Counted from the stretch's first letter, positions 26,133-37,042 are shown. The stretch is 64,000 bases of DNA from an uncultured Rikenellaceae bacterium (GCA_944326815.1 CALVFI010000007.1:22205-86204), one strand, 5' to 3'. Made by a program: numbers and translations. Notes: generated from the sequence alone by a model not told the origin.

Positions 26133-28478
26133 ATGACGAAAAAAGAGACGAAAAAACAAGGCGGACGACACAACGAGGAAAAACGGCCGTCGAAACATGG
26201 CAGGAACGCCGACCGTGCAGCGGTCATATCGGAGTTGTTCCGCCTGTTCCCCACCAGGAAATACAGCATCAAGAACCTGGCTGCAGCCAGTGGCGACAGC
26301 GATCGCGAAGGGCGTCAGACAACGCTGCAGATTGTGAAGTCGATGCTGGCTCAGGGGGTAATCGAAGAGGTGGCCACAGGTAAATACCGTTTGGCAACAG
26401 CAGCCCAAGAGACCCTGGAGGGTGTTGTAGACATGCTGGCCAGTGGTTCCGCCTATATAAAAATGGAGGGCGTCGAACAGGATGTTTTCATCAATGCCCG
26501 CAATGCCGGCCATGCCCTGGACGGCGACCGGGTGAAATTCATCATCACCCGCGTGGGAAAAGGAGGCGTACCGGAAGGAGAAATCGTCTCGATCGTGGAA
26601 CGCAGCAAAAGGAATTTGGTCGGAGTGCTCGAACTGTCCAAGAATTTTGCATTCGTACGGGCGGATTCCCGCAAGATTCCCGTCGACATCTTCATTCCTC
26701 ACAAAGAGGATCAACAACTCGAAGACAGACAAAAAGTCCTGGTACATATCATCGACTGGCCCGAAACAAGCAAAAATCCGATCGGCGAGATCGTCGATGT
26801 TTTCGGAGAGGTGGGCGAAAACAATGCCGAGATGCATGCCATTTTGGCCGAGTACGACCTTCCCTATCGTTTCGAACCCGAGGTGGAGGAGGCTGCCGAA
26901 GCGATCGCTTCGGACATCAACCCGGAAGAGTACGCCAAACGTCGTGACATGCGGGAGGTGACGACCTTCACGATCGACCCGGCCGATGCCAAGGACTTCG
27001 ACGACGCCCTTTCGTTCCGTCAGTTGAACGACGGCGTCTACGAAGTAGGCGTACACATCGCAGACGTAACACACTACGTCACTCCCGGCAGCATTGTCGA
27101 TACGGAGGCCGTCAACCGCGCCACATCGGTCTATCTGGTCGACCGAACGGTCCCAATGCTCCCCGAGCGACTCTCGAACGAGCTCTGCTCCCTGCGTCCG
27201 GACGAGGAGAAACTCACCTTCTCCGCGGTGTTCGAAATCGACGACGAGGCCAATGTCCTCAACACATGGCTCGGGCGCACGGTCATCCGTTCCAATCGCC
27301 GATTCACCTACGCCGAGGCCCAGGAGGTCATCGAAACCGGTCAGGGAGACTTTCGTGATGAGATTCTGAAGCTGAATGAACTGGCTCAGAAGATGCGTAC
27401 GGCCCGTTTCAAACACGGAGCGATCAGCTTTGCCCGCGAAGAGGCGAAATTCGATCTCGATGAGAACGGTAAGCCACTGGGCGTCTATTTCAAAGAGCAA
27501 AAGGAGTCGAATCAACTGATCGAGGAGTTCATGCTTTTGGCCAATAAAAAGGTGGCCGAATTCGTAGGCAAGAAAAGAGGGAAAGGAGCCAATGCCGAGC
27601 GGACGTTCGTCTATCGAGTCCACGACAAACCCAATATCGACAAACTGACCAGCTTCAAGAATTTCATTCTCCGTTTCGGCTACTATTTCAAAGCCGAACA
27701 AGGCAAAGCCATCGCCAAGGAGATGAACAAACTGATGGGCAAAATCAAGGGCAAAGCAGAGGAGAATGTCGTCTCGACGCTCGCTATCCGCACCATGGCT
27801 AAAGCCTATTACAGTACCGATAACATCGGCCACTACGGTTTGGCGTTCGATTACTACACCCACTTCACCTCGCCGATTCGGCGCTATCCCGACATGATGG
27901 TACACCGGCTGCTGGCTCACTATCTCGCCGGTGGCAAATCGGCCGACAAGACGACCTACGAACAACTCTGCGAACACTCCTCCGAAATGGAAGTACGGGC
28001 TGCCGAAGCAGAACGCGCCTCGATCAAATACAAGATGGTAGAGTTCATGCTCGACCGGCTGGGACAGGAGTTCGACGGGCACATCTCCGGTGTGACCGAA
28101 TGGGGCGTTTATGTAGAGCTGGACGATACGCATATCGAAGGCATGGTCTCGCTGCGCGACATGACGGATGACTATTATGTATTCAACGAAGAGGATTATG
28201 CCATTCGAGGTGAGGCTTCGGGGCGTACCTTTACACTGGGAGACGGTGTTCGGATCAAGGTATTGCGAGCTGATCTGGCACGCAAGCAGCTCGACTTCCA
28301 ACTGGTCGCCTCCTACGATTTCAAAACCGGCAAGGCCATTCCGTTGGACGAGGGTCCGAAGAGTCACGAACATCATGCGGACAAAGGTAGAGGCCGCAAA
28401 TCGGATCGTCGGCACGAGAATACCGGCAGGTCCGGTCACTCTCACGGGAACGGCAAGCGGGGTAAAGAACGGAGATAA
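26133..28478 (+). CDS. rnr: ribonuclease R
   Basis: RNB-domain motifs (FTIDPADAKDFDDALS, VYLVDRTVPMLPE), an S1 domain (GHISGVTEWGVYVEL) and a basic C-terminal tail. I prefer ATG 26133 over TTG 26109. Confidence 0.9.
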   Translation: MTKKETKKQGGRHNEEKRPSKHGRNADRAAVISELFRLFPTRKYSIKNLAAASGDSDREGRQTTLQIVKSMLAQGVIEEVATGKYRLATAAQETLEGVVDMLASGSAYIKMEGVEQDVFINARNAGHALDGDRVKFIITRVGKGGVPEGEIVSIVERSKRNLVGVLELSKNFAFVRADSRKIPVDIFIPHKEDQQLEDRQKVLVHIIDWPETSKNPIGEIVDVFGEVGENNAEMHAILAEYDLPYRFEPEVEEAAEAIASDINPEEYAKRRDMREVTTFTIDPADAKDFDDALSFRQLNDGVYEVGVHIADVTHYVTPGSIVDTEAVNRATSVYLVDRTVPMLPERLSNELCSLRPDEEKLTFSAVFEIDDEANVLNTWLGRTVIRSNRRFTYAEAQEVIETGQGDFRDEILKLNELAQKMRTARFKHGAISFAREEAKFDLDENGKPLGVYFKEQKESNQLIEEFMLLANKKVAEFVGKKRGKGANAERTFVYRVHDKPNIDKLTSFKNFILRFGYYFKAEQGKAIAKEMNKLMGKIKGKAEENVVSTLAIRTMAKAYYSTDNIGHYGLAFDYYTHFTSPIRRYPDMMVHRLLAHYLAGGKSADKTTYEQLCEHSSEMEVRAAEAERASIKYKMVEFMLDRLGQEFDGHISGVTEWGVYVELDDTHIEGMVSLRDMTDDYYVFNEEDYAIRGEASGRTFTLGDGVRIKVLRADLARKQLDFQLVASYDFKTGKAIPLDEGPKSHEHHADKGRGRKSDRRHENTGRSGHSHGNGKRGKERR

Positions 28479-28568
28479 TTATTTACACTCATCTGGAGAT
28501 CCGACAGACATCCGTCGAAAGGCCACGTTCACTTATGAACATACCCCCAAAAGCGGATCGCCGCAGAG

Positions 28569-28608
28569 GATAATAAAACAGCGCCCTATGAGGCGCTGTT
28601 TTATTATC
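28569..28608. terminator. bidirectional rho-independent terminator
   Basis: 17-bp stem GATAATAAAACAGCGCC / GGCGCTGTTTTATTATC with a 6-nt loop, between convergent rnr and the chrA-like gene. Confidence 0.7.
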
Positions 28609-28635
28609 TCCGATATTTCCTATTCCACACGCTAT

Positions 28636-29160
28636 CTAATAATAGAGAAAGAATCCTGCCACCCCGGAGAGAACGATCAACAAAATCGGATTCACCTTAC
28701 GAAGCGATGCAATAAAACACGCCCCGAAAATGATCCAGCTTTTATAATCGATGAACGTCTCGGGCGTAAGCAGCAACAGAGCGGCGGCAGCGATCAGCCC
28801 GATCACGGCAGGCTGCATGCCGAACATCGCCCCAGCCACATATTTGTTGTCATGCAGTTTCATGTAAAACCGCGTAAGCAGCAACATCAACGTAAGCGAG
28901 GGCAGGCTGACAGCCAGGGTGGCAATGGCCGATCCCCAAACATTTCCCGTCACGGTATAACCGATATAGGTAGCACTATTGAGAGCAATCGGTCCCGGAG
29001 TCATCTGTGAAATGGCTACGATATCGGCAAACTGCTGGTTTGTAATCCACGCATTGCGTACCACCACCTCGTTCTGAATCAGGGAGAGCATCGCATAACC
29101 GCCTCCGAATCCAAAAAAGCCGATCTTCAGATAGACATAAAAAAGTTGAAGATAGATCAT
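28636..29160 (-). CDS. chrA: chromate transporter family protein (short-chain CHR, second half of the pair)
   Basis: 174 aa, hydrophobic, with the FGGGYAML motif. Its ATG overlaps the upstream partner's stop (ATGA at 29157-29160). Confidence 0.8.
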   Translation of the reverse strand: MIYLQLFYVYLKIGFFGFGGGYAMLSLIQNEVVVRNAWITNQQFADIVAISQMTPGPIALNSATYIGYTVTGNVWGSAIATLAVSLPSLTLMLLLTRFYMKLHDNKYVAGAMFGMQPAVIGLIAAAALLLLTPETFIDYKSWIIFGACFIASLRKVNPILLIVLSGVAGFFLYY

Positions 29161-29723
29161 TTTCCGGAAGTTTTATGAGATTTGTATATCGTCCATGCAA
29201 TACCGCCCAAGGCCCCGAGAATAATCATAACAATGGGCGAAACCCCCAGGCGCCACACCGCGGCAGCGACCAGTACGGCCAACCCGATGCGATACATTCC
29301 CATACCATGAGCCAAATGGAATACAGGGGCCGCAATCAATGACACCACGGCCGGGCGCATTCCCTTAAAGACGGCCTCCACAACAGGATTATCCTTGATC
29401 CCCGTAAAAAAGATCGCTATCAACAACAGGATAACAAACGACGGCAGAATAACCCCCAACACGGCGGCCACCGCCCCTTTATAGCGATCCATATGGTATC
29501 CGACGAAGACTGCCGTATTCAACGCGATAGGACCCGGAGCGGACTGCGCCAGTGTCAGCAACTCGAGGAAACGTTCTTTCTCGATCCAGTGCCGACGGTC
29601 GATCAACTCCCTTTCGATCAATGGGATCATAGCATAGCCACCCCCAAAGGTAAAAACACCTATCTTGCTAAACGACAATAGCAGCACAAAAAACATAGGC
29701 AGTTTTCTATTCTCACCCTCCAT
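29157..29723 (-). CDS. chrA: chromate transporter family protein (short-chain CHR, first half of the pair)
   Basis: 188 aa with FTFGGGYAMIPLIEREL and LAQSAPGPIA. Confidence 0.8.
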   Translation of the reverse strand: MEGENRKLPMFFVLLLSFSKIGVFTFGGGYAMIPLIERELIDRRHWIEKERFLELLTLAQSAPGPIALNTAVFVGYHMDRYKGAVAAVLGVILPSFVILLLIAIFFTGIKDNPVVEAVFKGMRPAVVSLIAAPVFHLAHGMGMYRIGLAVLVAAAVWRLGVSPIVMIILGALGGIAWTIYKSHKTSGK

Positions 29724-29725
29724 AA

Positions 29726-30433
29726 CTATTGATTGATAAAGGATACAGCCATCACGGCCGCCAACGCCGCCGTTTCTGTACGCAGACGACTATCTCCGAG
29801 CGAAACCTCCCGGAAACCGTGCTCGACGGCAGCACGGATCTCCTCCTCCGAAAAGTCACCCTCGGGACCGATCAGGATCAGCACATCCTCCCCCGGATGC
29901 ACACAATCCTTCAACAAACTACGTTCCACAAGTGCCGCCCGGCAATGTGCAATCAACTTGACCCCCTCGAACGGCCGACGAATCACCTCCGCCACGGAGG
30001 TCATCGGCGTCAGGTCCGGATGATACGCCTTGAGCGACTGTTTCACAGCACTGGTAATCACCTTCAATTCACGCTCCGCCTTAATCACACGACGCTCGCT
30101 ATGACGGCAATCCAAAGGAATAAAACAATCGCATCCCACCTCGGTTGCCTTCTCCAGAAACCATTCGAAGCGTTCGATATTTTTCGTCGGAGCCACGGCC
30201 ATCGTCAACGAATAGCTCCGGCGGCCATATTCCTCCACGGTTTCGACAACCTCCACCTCACAGGCCTTGGGGTCAGCCTCGATGATCTGCGCAGTATAAA
30301 GCGTACCCCGGCCATCGGTCAGCCAAAGCGCATCGCCCGCTCCAAGCCGAAGTACCCGAACACAATGCCTACTCTCTTCCTCATTGAGCGTATATCGAGG
30401 CGGCTGTATATCCGGCGCATAGAAAAGCGTCAT
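29726..30433 (-). CDS. rsmE: 16S rRNA (uracil1498-N3)-methyltransferase
   Basis: 235 aa with LILIGPEGDFSEEE and LGDSRLRTETAA, characteristic of RsmE. Confidence 0.85.
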   Translation of the reverse strand: MTLFYAPDIQPPRYTLNEEESRHCVRVLRLGAGDALWLTDGRGTLYTAQIIEADPKACEVEVVETVEEYGRRSYSLTMAVAPTKNIERFEWFLEKATEVGCDCFIPLDCRHSERRVIKAERELKVITSAVKQSLKAYHPDLTPMTSVAEVIRRPFEGVKLIAHCRAALVERSLLKDCVHPGEDVLILIGPEGDFSEEEIRAAVEHGFREVSLGDSRLRTETAALAAVMAVSFINQ

Positions 30434-30454
30434 AACATTTTAGCGAAAAAATTT

Positions 30455-30462
30455 TATCTTTG
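30455..30462 (+). promoter_or_regulatory. -7 promoter box (TATCTTTG) for the oxidoreductase gene
   Basis: Matches TAnnTTTG, 27 nt upstream of ATG 30490. It overlaps the TTG at 30460 used by the ORF track. Confidence 0.4.
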
Positions 30463-30489
30463 TGCAAAGATAGTGCAAAAAGAGACAAC

Positions 30490-31566
30490 ATGAAACCCAT
30501 CCGCACAGGACTTGCCGCGTTCGGACTCTCCGGAGAGGTTTTCCACGCTCCGTTTCTGGCTTCGGATCCACGTTATGAACTGACCGCCATCTGCGAGCGC
30601 CATCGGGAGAACTCTCGGGTGCGCTATCCAGCAGCAAGGCTCGTACGTAGTTTCGAGGAGTTGCTTGCTGTGCCCGGTCTGGAGTTGGTTGTTGTGAATA
30701 CGCCAGTCAGTACACACGCCACCTACACACGCATGGCCCTGGAGGCGGGATTACACGTTGTGGTGGAGAAACCTTTCGTTCCCACATGGGCCGAAGCCGA
30801 AGAGTTGGCCGCATTGGCAGACAAAAAGGGATTGATGTTGAGCGTCTATCAGAATCGACGGTGGGACGGCGACTTTCTCACGGTAAAACAGATACTGCAG
30901 GAGGGAACGCTGGGACGTATCGTAGAATTTGAGTCCACGTTTGCCCGTTTCCGTAGCGCCATCCGTCCGAACTCCTGGAAGGAGAACGACCTTCCGGGCA
31001 ATGGACTCACCTATGACCTCGGGGCTCACCTGGTCGACCAGGCGGTGGAATTGTTCGGCATGCCGGAGGCGGTGTGGGCGGACATTGCCCGGCTGCGCGA
31101 CGGGGCACGGGCCGACGACTACTTCACGATTCGCCTCTTGAATCCGGAGCGAGCCCCTGCCGTAAAAGTCACACTCAAAGCCAGCTATCTGATGTGTATA
31201 CCGGAGCCTCGTTTCGTCATACACGGCACCGAGGGTTCCTATGTCAAATATGGAGAAGACCCGCAAGAGAGGAATCTCAAAGCAGGATGTATGCCGGGAG
31301 AACCGCACTGGAACGAAGAGCCCCGGGAACAGTGGGGGATGATTCGAACACAGGGCAGAGAAAGGACAAACGATTCACAGACCTCGCATTACCAGACACT
31401 ATCGGGAGATTACGGAAAATATTATGACAATATCTACCGTTATCTACACGAAGGGGTACCACTATCCGTCACCGCCCGACAGGCTGCCCGGACCATCCGG
31501 ATCATCGAAGCTGCTTACGAAAGTTGCCGCTGCCGACAGACGGTCGTCCTCGCGAAGGGCAATTAA
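30490..31566 (+). CDS. Gfo/Idh/MocA-family NAD(P)-dependent oxidoreductase
   Basis: Rossmann-type start IRTGLAAFGLSG and the VVVEKPF motif. I prefer ATG 30490. Confidence 0.8.
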   Translation: MKPIRTGLAAFGLSGEVFHAPFLASDPRYELTAICERHRENSRVRYPAARLVRSFEELLAVPGLELVVVNTPVSTHATYTRMALEAGLHVVVEKPFVPTWAEAEELAALADKKGLMLSVYQNRRWDGDFLTVKQILQEGTLGRIVEFESTFARFRSAIRPNSWKENDLPGNGLTYDLGAHLVDQAVELFGMPEAVWADIARLRDGARADDYFTIRLLNPERAPAVKVTLKASYLMCIPEPRFVIHGTEGSYVKYGEDPQERNLKAGCMPGEPHWNEEPREQWGMIRTQGRERTNDSQTSHYQTLSGDYGKYYDNIYRYLHEGVPLSVTARQAARTIRIIEAAYESCRCRQTVVLAKGN

Positions 31567-31645
31567 TCTGCGTAACAACACAAAGCTACAACAAAAAAAG
31601 ACAGCTGATCATCAAATCATAACGAGCATCAAACCACTCCGAAAT

Positions 31646-33844
31646 ATGAAAAAAATAGTATCTGTTTTACTCTTTCTATCCGTAATTGCCATGACATCAT
31701 GCCATAAGAGCCATTCGGCAGGGGAGAATCCTTTCTTTACCGAATGGGAAACGCCTTTCGGCATACCCCCCTTCGATGAGATCGAGACTTCCGACTACCT
31801 GCCGGCTTTCGATTCGGCCATGCGAGCCCATACCGCCGAGATCGAGGCAATCGTTCAGTGCACAGAAGCCCCTTCGTTCGAGAATGTAATCGCAGCATTC
31901 GATCGCAGTGGAGCGTTACTGACCACGGTCAACAGCGTTTTCGGCGGAGTGAATGCCAACGACTCCAACGACGAACTCCGGGCTGTTCAAGAGAAGATTG
32001 CACCGGTTCTGAGCGCCCATTACGACAATATTTTCCTCAACGACAAACTATTCGAAAAGGTAAAAGCCGTGTACGACACACGTGAGCCTGCCGGACTGGA
32101 CTCCCTGCAACTACGACTGCTGGAAAAAACCTACCGGAAGTTCCTCCGTGCCGGGGCTGCCCTCTCCCCCCAGGAGAAAGATCAGTTGAAAAAAATCAAC
32201 GGAGAGTTGGTCTCCGCATCCGTCCGATTCGGGAATAATCTTCTGGCCGCGAATCAGACATTCCTCATGATACTTGACACCGCAGAGGTGAGCGGCCTAC
32301 CCATGAACGCCCGCAATGCCGCCGGAGCTTTGGCCGAGGAGAAGGGACATCCGGGTAAGTTCGCCTTTACGTTGAGCAAACCGAGCATGATTCCTTTCCT
32401 AACTTATGCCGACCGCCGCGACCTGCGGGAAAAGATCTACCGAGGCTACCTGGAGCGTTGCTGCGGCGGAGACTCGACAGACAACCGTCAATTAATCAAT
32501 GACATGGTTCGACTGCGCCTCGAACGGGCCCGCCTGTTAGGTTACGAGACTCACGCAGACTATGTCCTCGACGGCGAGATGGCACGTACGCCCGGCAATG
32601 TCTATGCCCTGCTGGATTCCCTGTGGAGCCCTGCTCTCGCTTCCGCCCAAGCGGAACTGGACTCGATGAAGGCCATCAAACTCAAAGAGACCGGGGATGA
32701 TGATTTTCAAAGCTGGGACTGGTGGTACTATGCCGAAAAGGTACGCAAGAAACAATATGACCTGGACGAAGATATGCTTCGGACCTACTTTGCCCTGGAG
32801 AACGTTCGTACCGGCATCTTCGATCTGAGCAACCGCCTCTATGGACTCACATTCACTCCACTCAGCGTACCGATGTATAACCGGGAGTGTACAGCCTACG
32901 AAGTGCTCGACAAGGACAATACTCATCTCGGCGTCGTGATCTTCGATCTGTTTCCACGCCCCGGGAAAGGCCCCGGAGCATGGTGCGGGACATTCCAGGA
33001 ACGCACCTATAAGGATGGGGAACGGATCGACCCCGTCATTTACGTGGCTGCCAATTTCACGCGTCCGTTCGGAGATACACCGGCGCTGCTGAGTCTGGAC
33101 GAAACAGATACTTTCTTCCATGAGTTCGGCCATGCACTGCATCAGCTTTTCCTGGACGTACCCTATAATGGCTTACGGTCTGTGGAACGCGATTTCGTCG
33201 AACTACCTTCGCAGATCATGGAAAACTGGGCCATGGAACCCGACATGTTGCGCCGTTATGCCCTGCACTACGCCTCCGGGACCATCATCCCCGACTACAT
33301 GATCAAGAAGATCCAAAACAGTGCACTGTTCAACCAGGGATTTGCAACAACGGAATATCTTGCCGCCTCGCTGACCGACATGGACATCCATTCGATCAAG
33401 GAGTATCAACCCATCGACATAACGGCTTTCGAGCGCGATGCGCTATACGATCGGCGAGGGCTGATGCCGCAAATCGAACCACGCTATCGCTATCCCTATT
33501 TCTCGCATATTTTCGGAGGCGATTTCGATTACTCGGCCGGTTATTACAGTTACATCTGGTCCGAGGTGCTGGACAAAGATGCATTCCAGGCCTTTGCCGA
33601 GAGCGGAGACATATTCAACCGTACGGTTGCCGAGCGTTTCCGGCGTGAGGTGCTCTCCCGGGGAGGCAGTGCGGACGGTATGACGCTCTACCGCAACTTC
33701 CGAAGCAAAGAGCCCTCGCGGGATCCCCTGCTCTACTCACGCGGTTTCATCAAAGAGCTACCGAAACCGGAGCCTGCCGACTCCGTCGGAACATCCGATA
33801 CACCAGTTCTGATTGCAACTCCCGAACAGAAGAAGGCTCAATAG
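31646..33844 (+). CDS. dcp: M3-family peptidyl-dipeptidase (Dcp-like), lipoprotein/secreted
   Basis: Carries FFHEFGHALHQL (HEFGH zinc motif). I prefer ATG 31646 (MKKIVSVLLFLSVIAMTSCHKS) over the ORF-track start 31424. Confidence 0.85.
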   Translation: MKKIVSVLLFLSVIAMTSCHKSHSAGENPFFTEWETPFGIPPFDEIETSDYLPAFDSAMRAHTAEIEAIVQCTEAPSFENVIAAFDRSGALLTTVNSVFGGVNANDSNDELRAVQEKIAPVLSAHYDNIFLNDKLFEKVKAVYDTREPAGLDSLQLRLLEKTYRKFLRAGAALSPQEKDQLKKINGELVSASVRFGNNLLAANQTFLMILDTAEVSGLPMNARNAAGALAEEKGHPGKFAFTLSKPSMIPFLTYADRRDLREKIYRGYLERCCGGDSTDNRQLINDMVRLRLERARLLGYETHADYVLDGEMARTPGNVYALLDSLWSPALASAQAELDSMKAIKLKETGDDDFQSWDWWYYAEKVRKKQYDLDEDMLRTYFALENVRTGIFDLSNRLYGLTFTPLSVPMYNRECTAYEVLDKDNTHLGVVIFDLFPRPGKGPGAWCGTFQERTYKDGERIDPVIYVAANFTRPFGDTPALLSLDETDTFFHEFGHALHQLFLDVPYNGLRSVERDFVELPSQIMENWAMEPDMLRRYALHYASGTIIPDYMIKKIQNSALFNQGFATTEYLAASLTDMDIHSIKEYQPIDITAFERDALYDRRGLMPQIEPRYRYPYFSHIFGGDFDYSAGYYSYIWSEVLDKDAFQAFAESGDIFNRTVAERFRREVLSRGGSADGMTLYRNFRSKEPSRDPLLYSRGFIKELPKPEPADSVGTSDTPVLIATPEQKKAQ

Positions 33845-33865
33845 AGAGCAAAAAACGATTTGACC

Positions 33866-33918
33866 GATTCGCGCTTTTCCCATCCTTCCCGTCATGAAGG
33901 CAGGAAGGAGCGCGAATC
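33866..33918. terminator. long imperfect hairpin between convergent genes
   Basis: The outer 10 bp GATTCGCGCT / AGCGCGAATC enclose an inner CCTTCC / GGAAGG pairing. Confidence 0.4.
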
Positions 33919-33935
33919 CGTTAACAAAGAAGACC

Positions 33936-34652
33936 TTACAACAGGATAAATATGGCCGGACGTTTATGAAGATCGGGCCGGGGCAGAGCGCGCCACTCCC
34001 GGATCGTCGCCGTACGAATGAACTCGGCAGGTTCCAGAATATCGGCAGCGACGGTCAACCGGGTTTCGGGAAGACAGGCAGCGAGCAACTCCTCGAAAAG
34101 TTTCATATTCCGATACGGTGCTTCGATGAATAACTGCGACTGATGTTCGGTCTGGGCCCGACGTTCGAAATGCTTGATGGCCCGCAACCGTTCAGGCGGT
34201 TTCACCGGCAGATAGCCGTTGAAAGCAAACGACTGGCCGTTCAATCCAGAGGCCATGAGGGCCAGGACAATAGACGAAGGACCGACCAGCGGCACCACGC
34301 GAATCCCCTTCCGATGGCACAACGCCGCCACCTCCGCTCCGGGATCGGCAATACCCGGGACACCGGCCTCGGAGATCACCCCCGCACTGCGCCCCTCAAG
34401 CAATGGCCCGACGAGTCGTTCCACCTCTTCGGGGCGCGTATGTTCGTTCAGCTCGGCAAACTCCAACGTATCGATCGGTTTCCCGATCTCCGCACGGCTC
34501 AGAAAGCGACGTGCACTACGCACATTCTCCACGATAAAATAATCCAGCGATCGAATCACCTCGCGGTTTGCCAACGGCAACACATCATAAGGAGCCCGTT
34601 CTCCGATCGGACAGGGAATCATGTACAAAATGCCTTTCCGGGTCATAGCCAT
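33936..34652 (-). CDS. SAM-dependent methyltransferase, tetrapyrrole-methylase fold (RsmI-like)
   Basis: 238 aa with ILYMIPCPIG, VISEAGVPGIADPG and VPLVGPSS. Confidence 0.7.
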   Translation of the reverse strand: MAMTRKGILYMIPCPIGERAPYDVLPLANREVIRSLDYFIVENVRSARRFLSRAEIGKPIDTLEFAELNEHTRPEEVERLVGPLLEGRSAGVISEAGVPGIADPGAEVAALCHRKGIRVVPLVGPSSIVLALMASGLNGQSFAFNGYLPVKPPERLRAIKHFERRAQTEHQSQLFIEAPYRNMKLFEELLAACLPETRLTVAADILEPAEFIRTATIREWRALPRPDLHKRPAIFILL

Positions 34653-34663
34653 CGGTTATAGAA

Positions 34664-37042
34664 TTACTCTTTGGTATAAATTCGTTTGACACGAGAGGAA
34701 ATACTCGTCATCACCTCATACGGAATTGTACCCAGCACACGCGCCATATCTTCCACGCGATTACCGGGTCCACCGCCAAATACGACGACCGAATCGCCCT
34801 CCTGCACCTCGATACCCGTCACATCCACCATGCAGGTATCCATACAAACACGCCCCACGATAGGAGCCGGCTTGCCGTTTACCATCACCGACCAACGGCC
34901 GCATCCCAGATGTCGATTCAGTCCATCGGCATAACCGATCGGAATGGTTGCCGTACGTGTCGGACGTTCGATCCGGCCGGCACGACCGTAACCGACCGTC
35001 TCCCCGGCCTCCAACTCCTTGATCTGCACGATACGCGTACGCAGCGTACTCACCTGTCGCAGTTCCATACCCGGCACAGCACCTACCCCATAAAGACCGA
35101 TACCGAGCCGCGCCATATCGAACTGTGCCTCGGGCATCCGTTCAATGGCAGAGGTCGCAGCAATATGGCGTAAAGGCTTATACGGCAGGCTCTCCGCAAT
35201 GCGGCTGCTCAATTCGTCGAATAGAGCGATCTGACGACGGGTAAAGGCATCCTCGGCCGGATCGTCGGCAGCCGCCAGGTGCGAAAAGATCGTACTCACG
35301 CGGATCACATCCCGATTGGCCTCCAGTTTCTCAAGCAACGTGGGAATATCTTTGCGTTCGAATCCAAGTCGATGCATGCCCGAATCAATCTTGAGATGAA
35401 TCGGCCAGGCACGCTCTCCATGCCGACGGAGTGCCGACACAAAGGCATCGAGCGATGTGAAGCTATATATCTCGGGTTCAAGCGCATTGGCGATCATCAG
35501 CTCGAAGCTATCCGCATCGGCATTGAGCACCACAATCGGCATCGTGATGCCTCTCTCGCGCAACAGGACCCCCTCGTCGGCAAATGCAACGGCCAGATAA
35601 TCCACCCCCTGATGCTGCAGCAGACTGGCCACCTCATAGGTGCCATTCCCGTAACCAGCGGCCTTGACCATCGCCATCAGACGCGTCTGCGGACGGAGTC
35701 GTGCCCGATGAAGATTGAGATTATAGACCATGGCATCCAGGTCGATCTCCAACGTCGTGGTATGGCAGCGTCGTTCGAGCGAATGGCTCAGACGTTCGAA
35801 CTGCGAACCTCGGTTTCCCTTGATGAGAATGGCCCGGTCGGCGACATCCTCACGACGTACTGCCTTGAGAAAAGCATCCGTCGTGGGATAAAACTCCGTT
35901 TGACAACCGAACAGCCGGCCGTAATGTTTGATCCGCTCGCCCACCCCGATCAGATGGTCCACAGCAGACTGCCGGACAAGTTGTGCCACCCGGGCATACA
36001 ACTCCTGCTCGGGGAAACCGCTCTGCAGAATATCGGAAAGAATCAGCGTCTGCCGTCGTCCTCCCGCCACATTTTTCAGATAGTCGAGCGCAATGGCCAG
36101 CGAATTGATATCCGAGTTATAGGAATCGTTGACGATCATCGAGTTATTCAATCCCTCCTTAAGCTCCAGGCGCATGGCTACGGGTTGCAGTTCCGCCACC
36201 CGTCTGACGGTCTCTTCATGGTCATAGCCCAGCACATCGCACAAAGCCACGGCGGCAGCGGCATTTTCCTGTGAGGCCCGGTCCGGGAAAGAGGCATATG
36301 CTTCCCGTTGCCGAGATGCATCCACCAACTGTTTCTGCGGATAATCGCGTATTAGAGCAGATTCCACCAATGCATAGGCGCTATTATAAATAATCGTTCC
36401 GGCATGGCTGAACAGTTTGATCTTTTCCTCGATTTTTCCTTCGATCGTATCGAAATGCTCCTGATGGGCATCGCCAATCATCGTAATGATCCCCACATCG
36501 GGCCGGATGATACGCTCGAGCCGCTCCATCTCCCCGGGCTGCGAAATTCCCGCTTCGATCACGGCCACCTGTTCATCCCCTTCGATCATCAGCACCGACA
36601 GCGGTACACCGATCTGAGAGTTGTAACTCTTCGGACTACGGAACAACTTCACCTCTGCAGGCACCAGCGAGGCAATCCACTCCTTAACCACCGTCTTGCC
36701 GTTGCTGCCCGTGACAGCCACGACACGCCCCCGGAACCGGGTACGATAATCAGCCGCCAGCCGTTGAAGCGCCACCACGGCACTCTCCACCCGTACGAAA
36801 CCCGCATCCTCATATTTCGCCGTATTGACGTCGCGTTCGGTCAGAAACGCCCGCACCCCGCGCGCATAAAGTTCGTTGATATAGGCATGTCCGTCGTGAT
36901 TCGTACCGCAAATGGCTACAAACAACGGATACTCGCCCGTCGACAAATTGCGGCTGTCGGTAAATACCGAATCGACCGTATGATTCACCCCCGAAAGGCG
37001 TCCACCACAAATGGAGGCTATCTCGTTCAATGTATATTTCAT
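34664..37042 (-). CDS. murF: bifunctional UDP-N-acetylmuramoyl-tripeptide--D-alanyl-D-alanine ligase / alanine racemase
   Basis: The N-terminal half has AVTGSNGKTVVKEW (Mur ligase P-loop). The C-terminal half has LMAMVKAAGYGNG (Alr PLP-lysine motif). This fusion is usual in Bacteroidota. I prefer ATG 37042 (MKYTLNEIASICGG). Confidence 0.85.
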   Translation of the reverse strand: MKYTLNEIASICGGRLSGVNHTVDSVFTDSRNLSTGEYPLFVAICGTNHDGHAYINELYARGVRAFLTERDVNTAKYEDAGFVRVESAVVALQRLAADYRTRFRGRVVAVTGSNGKTVVKEWIASLVPAEVKLFRSPKSYNSQIGVPLSVLMIEGDEQVAVIEAGISQPGEMERLERIIRPDVGIITMIGDAHQEHFDTIEGKIEEKIKLFSHAGTIIYNSAYALVESALIRDYPQKQLVDASRQREAYASFPDRASQENAAAAVALCDVLGYDHEETVRRVAELQPVAMRLELKEGLNNSMIVNDSYNSDINSLAIALDYLKNVAGGRRQTLILSDILQSGFPEQELYARVAQLVRQSAVDHLIGVGERIKHYGRLFGCQTEFYPTTDAFLKAVRREDVADRAILIKGNRGSQFERLSHSLERRCHTTTLEIDLDAMVYNLNLHRARLRPQTRLMAMVKAAGYGNGTYEVASLLQHQGVDYLAVAFADEGVLLRERGITMPIVVLNADADSFELMIANALEPEIYSFTSLDAFVSALRRHGERAWPIHLKIDSGMHRLGFERKDIPTLLEKLEANRDVIRVSTIFSHLAAADDPAEDAFTRRQIALFDELSSRIAESLPYKPLRHIAATSAIERMPEAQFDMARLGIGLYGVGAVPGMELRQVSTLRTRIVQIKELEAGETVGYGRAGRIERPTRTATIPIGYADGLNRHLGCGRWSVMVNGKPAPIVGRVCMDTCMVDVTGIEVQEGDSVVVFGGGPGNRVEDMARVLGTIPYEVMTSISSRVKRIYTKE

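Noticed and set aside
26037-28445. 802-aa ORF on the minus strand, covering almost all of rnr.
   Set aside because: The plus-strand product has unmistakable RNase R motifs. The antisense product has no motif, an odd composition (very rich in V/F/G/D/H) and no promoter box or sensible start context. Long open antisense frames are expected in GC-rich, codon-biased genes. It would deserve a second look only if Ribo-seq showed antisense translation.
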